Shown here: piece by piece, positions 20,345-32,709 of the stretch
Layout: every line of letters starts with the position of its first letter
How positions within the stretch are numbered: position 1 is the first letter of the stretch
Origin: Methylotenera sp.
GTDB lineage: Bacteria > Pseudomonadota > Gammaproteobacteria > Burkholderiales > Methylophilaceae
DNA: 64,000 nt
Assembly: GCA_030682715.1 (NCBI GenBank)
Contig: JAUXNQ010000066.1
Span: forward strand, 14,587-78,586
Direction: 5' to 3'
Position numbers and translations under genes: made by a program
The notes under the pieces: model-generated
What the model was told of the DNA's origin: nothing
Database searches by the model: none
Seen by the model: the letters and a program-made list of their open reading frames with translations, nothing else

Positions 20345-21184
20345 TTATAACGTACTTTCAATAAAACCTGCTTTTTTAACTAACCTGTCTAAATCTACCA
20401 ACACTTCTAACAAATCTCTCATCTTGTGCAATGGCCATGCGTTTGGTCCATCAGATAAGGCTTTTGCTGGATCAGGGTGCGTTTCCATAAAGATACCTGC
20501 AATGCCGCTGGCTACTGCCGCGCGCGCTAACACTGGCACGTGTTCACGTTGACCACCGCTTTTATCGCCTTGACCACCTGGTTGTTGCACTGAGTGCGTT
20601 GCATCAAACACCACTGGGCAATGCGTTTCACGCATAATGGCAAGGCCACGCATATCTGAAACTAGTGTGTTGTACCCAAAGGATGCGCCACGCTCACACA
20701 CCATAATGTTATCTGCACCACCGTTAGCCTCTTTCGCTTTTTGCACGACATTTTTCATATCACCTGGCGCCATAAATTGGCCTTTTTTGATATTCACAGG
20801 CTTACCTGAGCGCGCACAGGCAGTGATAAAGTCTGTTTGACGGCACAAAAAGGCTGGTGTCTGCAAAACATCCACAACCGCAGCTACATGGGGCACCTGT
20901 TCTTCTGTATGCACATCAGTCAAAATCGGCACGCCTATTTGGCTACGTACATGATCTAAGATTTTCAAACCTTCATCCATGCCAAAACCACGGAACGTTT
21001 TGTTTGAACTGCGGTTAGCTTTATCGTAAGAAGACTTGTAAATAAATGGAATATTGAGCGCAGTCGCGATTTCTTTCAGCTGGCCAGCTGTATCAATCGC
21101 CATCTGTTGCGATTCAATCACACATGGGCCAGCAATTAAAAATAGCGGATGCTCTAGTCCCACATCAAAGTTACATAATTTCAT
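20345..21184 (-). CDS. kdsA: KDO8P synthase
   Basis: [32 protein letters not shown]. Confidence 0.97.
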   Translation of the reverse strand: MKLCNFDVGLEHPLFLIAGPCVIESQQMAIDTAGQLKEIATALNIPFIYKSSYDKANRSSNKTFRGFGMDEGLKILDHVRSQIGVPILTDVHTEEQVPHVAAVVDVLQTPAFLCRQTDFITACARSGKPVNIKKGQFMAPGDMKNVVQKAKEANGGADNIMVCERGASFGYNTLVSDMRGLAIMRETHCPVVFDATHSVQQPGGQGDKSGGQREHVPVLARAAVASGIAGIFMETHPDPAKALSDGPNAWPLHKMRDLLEVLVDLDRLVKKAGFIESTL

Positions 21185-21311
21185 ACGATTAATACCTTAA
21201 AAATTAGCGTCTATAAATTAACGTTTACCAAGTACAGATAACAACTGGCTAAACTAAAAGCTATGCATCTTGAGTTATCTATACTGGAACTGGACTTGAC
21301 TGGTTGCTAGA

Positions 21312-22973
<1,662 letters not shown>

Positions 22974-23110
22974 CTATTTTACTTTAAAGGCCCAACGCCT
23001 ACAAATAAAAACTCTTAATTCTGCGTTTATTTTACTGCGTTTACTTTTACAAAGCTTTGTAAAGAGAATATCGAACAATGTCATTCTTATCTGAAGCAAA
23101 TAGCGTAATT

Positions 23111-23124
23111 TTGATATAAATCAA
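23111..23124 (+). promoter_or_regulatory. Perfect FNR/Crp-Fnr box at class II spacing
   Basis: TTGAT-ataa-ATCAA; taaaat -10 at 23146-23151; predicted +1 near 23159. Confidence 0.72.
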
Positions 23125-23199
23125 TCAAATGAATTCTCATCAGAATAAAATTACCCTTGAAATAATCAAGGTGATTATATTTTATTGAGGAGATTAAAA

Positions 23200-23325
23200 A
23201 TGTACGCAAATTTGTTTGGCACGTTTACAGGGTTATTAAGTTTAGGTGTGATTGTATTTGTGTTGTTAATGGCTACATTTTTCATCCGCTTATTCATGTC
23301 AGCTAAGCCACAAGACCAAGAATAA
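23200..23325 (+). CDS. 41-aa single-TM protein, DUF3149-like (below the ORF-track cutoff)
   Basis: GAGGAG RBS; MYANLFGTFTGLLSLGVIVFVLLMATFFIRLFMSAKPQDQE. Confidence 0.75.
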   Translation: MYANLFGTFTGLLSLGVIVFVLLMATFFIRLFMSAKPQDQE

Positions 23326-23359
23326 AATTAAGTGCGATTTTTATAAAACAATGAGTACA

Positions 23360-24040
23360 TTAAGGGCTAGTGGCCCACGCGCCATATCCCTTAAACTGCT
23401 CATGCACCTCTGCCATTTCTTGCTGAGTCAGAATGTACGGCTCACCCACCTGTAGCGCCCTTAAGTACTGCTCACACAAGGTTTCTACTTCCACAGTAAC
23501 ACCAAGCGCTTTTTCAGCACTCTCTCCGATTGCAATCATGCCGTGGTTCGCTAACAAACAAGCTTTTCTTTGCTCTAATGCAAGCAAGGCATTGTCTGAT
23601 AGTTGCTGGCTGCCAAAGAGCGCATATGACGCACAACGGATGTTATCGCCACCCGCCATTGCAACCATGTAATGAAATGCAGGAATATCTCGCCTTAACG
23701 TACTTAATGTAGTGGCAAACACGCTATGCGTATGAATCACCGCATTTACCTCTGGTCTTTGCCGCATAATATCTACATGAAATCGCCACTCACTGGATGG
23801 CGCGCGATGCCCTTGCGCATTGCCAGAAAAATCCATCCACACCAAATCATCTAGCGTCATTTTATCGACCGCCATACCTGAAGGTGTAATGAGCAAGCCT
23901 AACTGCCCTTGCGCATCATTAACTCTAACACTTGCATTACCTGATGTTCCACGATTCAGCCCCAGCGCACAAAGCTGCTGACTGATTAACAGTAGCTGCT
24001 CACGTACATGTTGTAAATTCTCAGTCATCACAATATTCAT
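23360..24040 (-). CDS. FucA-type class II aldolase (Ald2-like, probable 5-methylthio/5-deoxy-ribulose-1-P aldolase)
   Basis: GTSGNAS, PSSEWRFH (catalytic Glu), HTHS, FHYMVA, LLANHG; 4 nt downstream of mtnA. Confidence 0.8.
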   Translation of the reverse strand: MNIVMTENLQHVREQLLLISQQLCALGLNRGTSGNASVRVNDAQGQLGLLITPSGMAVDKMTLDDLVWMDFSGNAQGHRAPSSEWRFHVDIMRQRPEVNAVIHTHSVFATTLSTLRRDIPAFHYMVAMAGGDNIRCASYALFGSQQLSDNALLALEQRKACLLANHGMIAIGESAEKALGVTVEVETLCEQYLRALQVGEPYILTQQEMAEVHEQFKGYGAWATSP

Positions 24041-24044
24041 CCAA

Positions 24045-25160
24045 TTATCGCTGCATAGTGTTTAATTGCTGTGGCGAAAAAACGCCCTGCTCAGTAATAA
24101 CACCTGTTACCAGTCTCGCTGGCGTCACATCAAAAGCAGGGTTTGCAACTTGAGTACCATGCGGCAATATGTTCACTGTGGCTATCGTGCCATCAGCAAG
24201 CTTGCCACTCATCCAAGACAACTCTTCAGCACCGCGTTCTTCTATTTCAATCGATTTCACGCCATCTTCAATCGTCCAATCGATAGTTGGTGATGGAACA
24301 GCGGCATAAAAAGGCACATGATGCCCCAAGGCAACGCTATCAAAGGCAGCCAGCGCCTTTAAATAAGTACCGATTTTATTACATACATCGCCTGTGGCTG
24401 TCACGCGATCTGCACCTACAATGACCATATCCACTCGCCCTTGCTGCATTAAATGCCCACCCGCATTATCACTAATGACAGTATGCGGCACACCATGCTG
24501 ACCAAGCTCCCAAGCCGTTAAACTGGCACCTTGGTTACGAGGACGAGTTTCCCCCACCCACACATGCACATCAATCCCAGCATTATGCGCTGCATAAATA
24601 GGTGCCAATGCTGTACCAAAATCAACTGTTGCCAACCACCCTGCATTGCAGTGCGTGAGAATATTAATGGCACGTGCTTTTTTATGATGCTGCTCACTGA
24701 TTAATGTGAGGCCATGCGCACCAATCGCCTGATTAAGCTGCACATCCTCATCACATATCTGCGCAGCTTCTGACCACGCCGCCGACCGTCTATCCGCTAT
24801 TGGCAACGCCAATAGCACACCCAACATACGCTGTACTGCCCACTTTAAATTCACCGCTGTTGGGCGACTGGCGATTAACTGTACAGCAGACTGCTGCAAA
24901 TGCTGATCAGAACAGCTCTCTAGTACTGAAAGTGCAAGTCCATAAGCAGCAGCAGCGCCAATTAAAGGTGCGCCACGCACTTGCATAGTTTTAATGGCAA
25001 CAATCATTTGCGCCAATGTTGCTACTTTAGCAATTTCAAAAACATGCGGCAGCTTGGTCTGATCTATGATTTCAACACAAGGCTGCTCATGATCAAAATT
25101 AGGCCAAATAGTACGGTATTGCTGATGGTTGACTAGCATAAAAATTCCAGCGTTTAACAC
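24045..25160 (-). CDS. mtnA: S-methyl-5-thioribose-1-phosphate isomerase
   Basis: [52 protein letters not shown]. Confidence 0.93.
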   Translation of the reverse strand: MLNAGIFMLVNHQQYRTIWPNFDHEQPCVEIIDQTKLPHVFEIAKVATLAQMIVAIKTMQVRGAPLIGAAAAYGLALSVLESCSDQHLQQSAVQLIASRPTAVNLKWAVQRMLGVLLALPIADRRSAAWSEAAQICDEDVQLNQAIGAHGLTLISEQHHKKARAINILTHCNAGWLATVDFGTALAPIYAAHNAGIDVHVWVGETRPRNQGASLTAWELGQHGVPHTVISDNAGGHLMQQGRVDMVIVGADRVTATGDVCNKIGTYLKALAAFDSVALGHHVPFYAAVPSPTIDWTIEDGVKSIEIEERGAEELSWMSGKLADGTIATVNILPHGTQVANPAFDVTPARLVTGVITEQGVFSPQQLNTMQR

Positions 25161-25239
25161 GCTTTTTTGTAAAAATTAATAAATTTAAAAGTTGACTTTT
25201 AAAAAGTTCCGTTAACCTTAAAATACTCTCCACAATATC

Positions 25240-25248
25240 TGTGGATAA
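25240..25248 (-). promoter_or_regulatory. Perfect DnaA box upstream of mtnA
   Basis: tgtggataa = reverse complement of TTATCCACA. Confidence 0.5.
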
Positions 25249-25393
25249 CTTTGTGAATTGTTGTGACTTAAAAATGTAACGTGCCATTTTATAAGGGTTT
25301 TTTCAAATCGCTTATTTTTTAATCTATTATTAAACCCATATAAATCAAACACTTAAAAAACAACCATTGATTGTTAACGGTTTTTTGGCATTC

Positions 25394-26206
25394 TTAATGT
25401 AGTGCATTAATTGGTGTGTATAAGTCAGCTAATTTTGGCATGATTTTTATGGCATTGGCACTAGTAATATCAAGCACTTGAGACACATTAAGCTGCCTTA
25501 AATCTGCTAAAACCTGTGCAATTTTTGGCAACTCTACAGGGCTATTTCTGCCAGCCGACCCTAGCCACTCTGGTGGAATATCTGGTGCATCAGTTTCAAG
25601 CACAATCGCCTCCAGAGGCAGTTGTGCAGCCATTGCACGAATCCGTAACGCACGTGTATATGTCATTGCGCCACCAAAACCAAGTTTAAAACCTAAAGCA
25701 ATGAACTGCTCAGCCTGTTGCAGGCTCCCATTAAACGCATGTGCAATTCCCCCTTTAACTTTATATTTGCGCAATTGTTTTAAAATATCATCTACTGCAT
25801 GCCGTACATGCAAAATAACTGGCAAATCAAATTGTTGTGCAATTTTAAGCTGCTCGACAAAAAAGTGAGTCTGTTGCTTAATATTTTCGGGATGTTCTTT
25901 TGGATTCGTTAAAAAATAATCTAAACCAATTTCACCAATGGCAATTGGATTGTGGTTCTGTACATATGCGCGCAACGTATCAATATCATCCAATGAAGAA
26001 CGCTCAACATACATAGGATGAACACCAAGCGCATATACGCAATTTTGATAGCGCTGACATAGCGCAATCACGTCATCAAAGTAACAACGCGCCACAGCAG
26101 GAATCACTATGCCTGTTACGCCATGATTAAGTGCAGAAGCTACGACTTCATCGCGATCAACATTAAATTCGGCAGCATCAAGATGGCAGTGGGTATCAAT
26201 CAGCAT
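25394..26206 (-). CDS. tatD: TatD-family hydrolase
   Basis: LIDTHCHLD, AIGEIGLDY, PVILHVR, LETDAP. Confidence 0.92.
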   Translation of the reverse strand: MLIDTHCHLDAAEFNVDRDEVVASALNHGVTGIVIPAVARCYFDDVIALCQRYQNCVYALGVHPMYVERSSLDDIDTLRAYVQNHNPIAIGEIGLDYFLTNPKEHPENIKQQTHFFVEQLKIAQQFDLPVILHVRHAVDDILKQLRKYKVKGGIAHAFNGSLQQAEQFIALGFKLGFGGAMTYTRALRIRAMAAQLPLEAIVLETDAPDIPPEWLGSAGRNSPVELPKIAQVLADLRQLNVSQVLDITSANAIKIMPKLADLYTPINALH

Positions 26207-26321
26207 GACAACTCCATTTCTTTTTAACCGTTAACATCATGCTAAGTTCACGATGATGATGACCATATATCAATAGTTGTTAGCTTATCTACACTACCGT
26301 AAATTGCACAAACTAAAAAAA

Positions 26322-27446
26322 CTATCGCTGAGTTTTATCCACAGCAGGCTTTGCACGCACACGAATATCAGTTCCCACTTGGCGCACATCTAACACTTGC
26401 AAATCTGGCGCTTGCTGCATTGCAGTAAACTCAGGCATCGCAAACATACCGTGCGCGGCGCTTCCCATCAGTTTAGGTGCGTAATAAAAAACAAACTCAT
26501 CAACCAAATTTGCATTTAACAACGCACCATTGAGACCTTGCCCAGCCTCAACCAGCACCTCATTCACACCGCGCTGTGCTAACGCAAGCAATAACTTTCG
26601 CAAATCTACTCGGCACTCATCATTAGGCAAGCAAATGAACTCTGCTCCTTGATTAACCAAAGTAGCAGAACGCTGCTGTGTATCTTCAGCATAAGCAATT
26701 AACACTGGGCTTGCTGCCAATAGAGATGGCTCAAGCATTTTACAATCGAACGGCATTTGTAAATGACTATCCACAACCACACGCAATGGCTGACGTGCAG
26801 TTGAGTCTAAACGTACGGTCATACTGGGATTATCAGCCAATATCGTGCCGATGCCAGTTAAAATCGCACAAGACTGTGCACGCCAGTGTTGAACATCCTG
26901 CCGCGCAGCCTCTCCTGTAATCCACTGACTTTTACCATTACTGAGTGCGGTGCGACCATCTAAACTGGCCGCAATTTTACTGCGGACATAAGGCATACCA
27001 TGCGTCATACGCGAAACAAACCCTGCATTAAGCGCAGACGCCTCTTGACCCAACAAACCCACAGCGACCTCAATACCTTGCGCACGCAAGGCATCAACCC
27101 CACGACCAGCTACCAGCGGGTTTGGATCCTGCATGGCAATAATCACACGTCTAGGCTTTGCCGCAATCACCGCTTGTACACAAGGGGGGGTTTTCCCAAA
27201 GTGGCTACATGGCTCTAGCGTCACATAAACATCTGCGCCATAAGCTAGTTCACCTGCTTGCTGTAATGCAAATACCTCTGCATGAGGCTCGCCTGCTTTC
27301 AAATGCGCGCCCTGCCCTACAATTTGATGATCCAGAACGATAACGCAACCTACTCTTGGGTTAGGTTGCGTAGTGTATAAACCTTGCGCAGCCAAACGCA
27401 GCGCAAGATTCATATAGGTATAGTCAGTAGTGGAGAAGTTGGACAA
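26322..27446 (-). CDS. ribD: Riboflavin biosynthesis deaminase/reductase
   Basis: PNPRVG, HAE, TLEPCSH..KTPPC, KIAASLDG. Confidence 0.96.
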   Translation of the reverse strand: MSNFSTTDYTYMNLALRLAAQGLYTTQPNPRVGCVIVLDHQIVGQGAHLKAGEPHAEVFALQQAGELAYGADVYVTLEPCSHFGKTPPCVQAVIAAKPRRVIIAMQDPNPLVAGRGVDALRAQGIEVAVGLLGQEASALNAGFVSRMTHGMPYVRSKIAASLDGRTALSNGKSQWITGEAARQDVQHWRAQSCAILTGIGTILADNPSMTVRLDSTARQPLRVVVDSHLQMPFDCKMLEPSLLAASPVLIAYAEDTQQRSATLVNQGAEFICLPNDECRVDLRKLLLALAQRGVNEVLVEAGQGLNGALLNANLVDEFVFYYAPKLMGSAAHGMFAMPEFTAMQQAPDLQVLDVRQVGTDIRVRAKPAVDKTQR

Positions 27447-27492
27447 AAGACTTTAGTAATATCTTAAGTTGTGATGGTTGGGGCCATATGAC

Positions 27493-27978
27493 TTAGCTAT
27501 CAGTAGAGCGCCGCTTAGCCAATACGGCTTGTTTATCCAGATCGCGGATGACATTATTAAAATCATCAACATCGGAGAAACTTCGATACACAGAAGCAAA
27601 CCGAATATAAGCGACTTTATCCATCATCTTAAGCTCGTGCATGACCATTTCACCCAAATCCCTAGCTGGCACCTCACGCTCGGCTCGTGCCAGTATTTTT
27701 TGTGTAATATGATCCAGTGCTTTATCAACGTACTCTGTCGGTACTGGACGCTTATGTAGCGCGCGCGTGAACGACAATCTTAATTTCTCACGTTTAAACT
27801 CTTCGCGTGTGCCATTTTGCTTCACGACTTGTGGTAAATGCAACTCCGCCGTTTCGTAGGTCGTAAAGCGCTTATCACATACGCCGCACTTACGGCGGCG
27901 TCTAATTGAATCACCCTCATCATTGACCCTAGAGTCAATCACTTGGGTATCATCTGCTCCACAAAAAGGGCACTTCAC
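27493..27978 (-). CDS. nrdR: Transcriptional repressor NrdR
   Basis: MKCPFC..DSR..IRRRRKC..C..RFTTYE, ATP cone, [12 protein letters not shown]. Confidence 0.96.
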   Translation of the reverse strand: MKCPFCGADDTQVIDSRVNDEGDSIRRRRKCGVCDKRFTTYETAELHLPQVVKQNGTREEFKREKLRLSFTRALHKRPVPTEYVDKALDHITQKILARAEREVPARDLGEMVMHELKMMDKVAYIRFASVYRSFSDVDDFNNVIRDLDKQAVLAKRRSTDS

Positions 27979-27980
27979 AA

Positions 27981-29255
27981 TTAGCCTTGATACACAGGAA
28001 ATTGTGCAGTTAAAGCATGCACTTTCACTTTGGTTGCAGCAATCACAGCTTCATCTGTCGGATTATCTAAAACATCAGCAATTAAGTTAGCCACTAATCT
28101 AGCTTCTTCTTCTTTAAAACCACGTGTTGTGATTGCTGGCGCACCGATACGAATACCAGAAGTCACAAATGGGCTTTCTGGATCGTTTGGAATAGCGTTT
28201 TTGTTCACAGTAATATGCGCCAAACCAAGTGCAGCATCTGCCGCTTTACCAGTTAAGCCTTTTGGACGTAAATCCACCATAAACATGTGTGATTCAGTAC
28301 GGCCTGAAATGATACGCAATCCACGAGTAGTCAATGTTTCTGCCATGACTTGTGCATTTTTAATCACTTGTGCTTGGTAAGTTTTAAACTCTGGTTGCGC
28401 TGCTTCCAAAAATGCTGTCGCTTTTGCTGCAATCACGTGCATCAATGGGCCACCTTGTAGGCTTGGGAACACACTAGAATTCAATGACTTTTCGAACTCA
28501 GCTTTCGCCATAATGATACCGCCACGTGGGCCACGCAAAGTTTTGTGTGTGGTTGATGTCACAAAATCAGCATGTGGTACTGGGTTTGGATAAACGCCAG
28601 CCGCAATCAAACCTGAGTAGTGCGCCATGTCCACCATAAAGTACGCACCTACTTTTTTAGCAATTTCAGCCATACGTGCCCAGTCAAAACGCAAAGCATA
28701 AGCTGAAGCACCGCCAATCAATAGTTTTGGTTTGCATTCAACCGCAATGCGCTCCATCTCATCATAATCAATCTCTTCTTTTTCATTCAAGCCATAAGGC
28801 ACAATGTTAAATAACTTACCTGACAAGTTAGCTGGTGAACCATGTGTCAAATGACCGCCATGGCCCAAGTTCATACCCATTACAGTGTCACCTGGTTTCA
28901 AAATAGAAAAATAAACCGCTTGGTTAGCTTGTGAGCCAGAATGAGGCTGTACGTTTGCATATTCCGCACCGTACAAAGCTTTCAAACGGTCAATCGCAAG
29001 CTGCTCAACTTGGTCAACAAATTCACAACCACCGTAGAAACGCTTTCCTGGGTAGCCTTCTGCATACTTATTAGTTAACTGTGAGCCCTGCGCCTGCATC
29101 ACTGCTGGGCTAGTATAGTTTTCTGAGGCAATTAGCTCGATGTGTTCATGCTGACGCACAACTTCTTGCTCAATCATGCCCCACAATGCAGGGTCAGCTT
29201 GATTTAAAGTATTATCGTAGTTAAATGGTGCCTTGTTTGATGATGCAGATGACAT
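27981..29255 (-). CDS. glyA: Serine hydroxymethyltransferase
   Basis: [36 protein letters not shown]. Confidence 0.98.
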   Translation of the reverse strand: MSSASSNKAPFNYDNTLNQADPALWGMIEQEVVRQHEHIELIASENYTSPAVMQAQGSQLTNKYAEGYPGKRFYGGCEFVDQVEQLAIDRLKALYGAEYANVQPHSGSQANQAVYFSILKPGDTVMGMNLGHGGHLTHGSPANLSGKLFNIVPYGLNEKEEIDYDEMERIAVECKPKLLIGGASAYALRFDWARMAEIAKKVGAYFMVDMAHYSGLIAAGVYPNPVPHADFVTSTTHKTLRGPRGGIIMAKAEFEKSLNSSVFPSLQGGPLMHVIAAKATAFLEAAQPEFKTYQAQVIKNAQVMAETLTTRGLRIISGRTESHMFMVDLRPKGLTGKAADAALGLAHITVNKNAIPNDPESPFVTSGIRIGAPAITTRGFKEEEARLVANLIADVLDNPTDEAVIAATKVKVHALTAQFPVYQG

Positions 29256-29391
29256 GGTGTTTAGTTTTCCAAATATTTGAATAAAAGGGATTAGTTATCA
29301 TTTTAACATGCCAACTCAGCATCGTTAAAGTGAAGTATTCAAGTTACAAAATTTAATCTAAATGTATTTTACAAAGCAATTATGGTTGATA

Positions 29392-29418
29392 TTAACCAAA
29401 TTGGTTCAATTTGGTGCA
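29392..29418. promoter_or_regulatory. Two overlapping NtrC-like enhancer sites
   Basis: ttaacca-aat-tggttca (29392-29408) and tggttca-att-tggtgca (29402-29418), each 11/14 to TGCACCA-N3-TGGTGCA. Confidence 0.55.
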
Positions 29419-29470
29419 CCACCATCCCACATAAAAATCATAACCTATTGAATAATATAAACTTTACAAC

Positions 29471-29486
29471 TGGCACCATATTTGCT
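29471..29486 (+). promoter_or_regulatory. Sigma54 (-24/-12) promoter
   Basis: TGGCAC-catat-TTGCT, exact consensus and spacing. Confidence 0.75.
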
Positions 29487-29496
29487 TATATAAAAT

Positions 29497-29560
29497 CAAG
29501 CGCATATCTCCAAAATCGCCCTTTGCCCGTAGAGCCTATTAGGTGCTACGGGATTTTTTT
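29497..29560 (+). ncRNA. Candidate sigma54-dependent small RNA (~63 nt)
   Basis: Bounded by the predicted +1 and an intrinsic terminator; no ORF; single-stranded CAUAUCUCC anti-SD-like segment. Confidence 0.55.
29526..29560 (+). terminator. Rho-independent terminator
   Basis: cccgtag / ctacggg stem with inner gcct/aggt pairing, followed by a and T7. Confidence 0.75.
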
Positions 29561-29633
29561 ATCTATAGAAATGCCGCCTATGATTTTTGTAGCTGACAAG
29601 GCTATAATCAAAAAATTATAGGAGACAGATAAT

Positions 29634-29828
29634 ATGAAATGGACTGACAGCCAAGCCATAGCAGAAGCGCTTTACGACAAACACCCAGACATCGACCCAA
29701 AAACGATTCGCTTTACAGACCTCATGGATTGGGTACTAAACCTCGACGGCTTTAACGATAGTGCAGATAAATGTGGCGAAAGAATTTTAGAAGCAATCCA
29801 GCTGGCATGGATTGACGAAGCAGACTAG
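29634..29828 (+). CDS. iscX: Fe-S assembly protein IscX
   Basis: MKWTDSQAIAEAL..HPD.DP..IRFTDL..W..L..F......E.ILEAIQ.AW; GGAGA RBS; tataat at 29603-29608. Confidence 0.92.
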   Translation: MKWTDSQAIAEALYDKHPDIDPKTIRFTDLMDWVLNLDGFNDSADKCGERILEAIQLAWIDEAD

Positions 29829-29845
29829 CATCGGAACTTGCACCA

Positions 29846-30226
29846 ATGCTAGAAGCACCTATATTTGAAGCACTTTTGTGCTTGTTTATCAAGCACTTCA
29901 TCTGCGACTTTCCATTACAAGCATTCCCTTGGATGTACAAAAACAAAGGGGCTTATGGTCACGTTGGTGGTTTAGTCCATGCGACTATACATGGTGCAGG
30001 CACGTTTATCGTATTAATCTACTGGCTTGGTCTATCCGCATGGATTTTTGCACTTGCTGATATGGTTGCTCACTACCATATCGATTGGGCCAAAATGAAT
30101 ATCAGCATGAAGTTTGACCTAAAGGCAAATAACAGTGAATGGTTCTGGATATTACTAGGCTTCGACCAACTACTGCATCACCTCACATATTTTGCAATCA
30201 TTGCCATTGCATTCAACCTTGCATAG
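29846..30226 (+). CDS. DUF3307-family membrane protein
   Basis: KHFICDFPLQ, HATIH, HYHIDWAK, GFDQLLH. Confidence 0.8.
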   Translation: MLEAPIFEALLCLFIKHFICDFPLQAFPWMYKNKGAYGHVGGLVHATIHGAGTFIVLIYWLGLSAWIFALADMVAHYHIDWAKMNISMKFDLKANNSEWFWILLGFDQLLHHLTYFAIIAIAFNLA

Positions 30227-30231
30227 CCCAC

Positions 30232-30705
30232 ATGTCAAGAAACACATTCATTTCTATTTTGGTTTGGTTAGCATTGGCAGGTGTGATTTACTACCTGGCG
30301 GATAGCATCCAGAATCCTAACAAAATTTACAAATTAGGTAACGCTAGCTCCGTTGTACTTAAACGTGGGCTAGATGGCCATTACCGCACAGAAGCGCTTA
30401 TCAATGGTACAAAAGTAAACGTATTGGTCGATACTGGCGCCACTGGCGTTGCAATATCACAATCAATCGCAGATAAGCTTAACCTTAAGAGCATTCATGC
30501 GGTAAGAACCAATACTGCAAATGGCGAAAGCATAGGCTACATGGTACGGTTGAATTCAGTGCAAATCGGTGGTGTGCATGCAAACAATGTAGCCGCAATG
30601 ATCGCACCTGGGCTGGATGGTGACATATTACTTGGCATGTCATTTCTGGGGCGAATGGATATCCGACTTTACAAGGGTGAAATGACCATCACACAAGTTG
30701 AATAA
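30232..30705 (+). CDS. Retropepsin-like clan AA aspartic protease (TIGR02281-like)
   Basis: Start reassigned to 30232 (MSRNTF); N-terminal TM, DGHY, LVDTGATGV, LLGMSFL. Confidence 0.85.
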   Translation: MSRNTFISILVWLALAGVIYYLADSIQNPNKIYKLGNASSVVLKRGLDGHYRTEALINGTKVNVLVDTGATGVAISQSIADKLNLKSIHAVRTNTANGESIGYMVRLNSVQIGGVHANNVAAMIAPGLDGDILLGMSFLGRMDIRLYKGEMTITQVE

Positions 30706-30745
30706 GCCGTTATTTGTGAGAAAAAACTCACTGAATAACGGCTTA
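30703..30745. terminator. Bidirectional terminator between convergent protease and pgm
   Basis: taagccgttatt / aataacggctta plus inner gtgag/ctcac. Confidence 0.7.
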
Positions 30746-30832
30746 ATTTTTCCGAAAAAACTGAATTTAAGTAACCTGAATTTTAAGTAGCTTAAATTTC
30801 AAACACCCCAATTTCAACTCCCATAGCAGAAG

Positions 30833-32506
<1,674 letters not shown>

Positions 32507-32709
32507 TCATATCACACAATATAAAGGATGTTGGTCAACTCAACAACAATTCTGAATATCAGACCAAATATTTTATAAATACATCACGTAGTACACTTTA
32601 GTCAGGTAAAATTTTATACTGTCTATTCAACACGAAGCGTAATAGCAATACTTGTGTTGTTTTTAGATAATTTAGCACACGACGATTAAGAACACTTTAA
32701 GGCTAGAAA

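Noticed and set aside
25161-25393. oriC
   Set aside because: Only one perfect DnaA box, no 13-mer array or GATC cluster, and no switch in dominant gene orientation across the site.
29256-29470. ZMP/ZTP or glycine riboswitch upstream of glyA
   Set aside because: The region is very AT-rich and I could not find the conserved motifs of either class on the minus strand.
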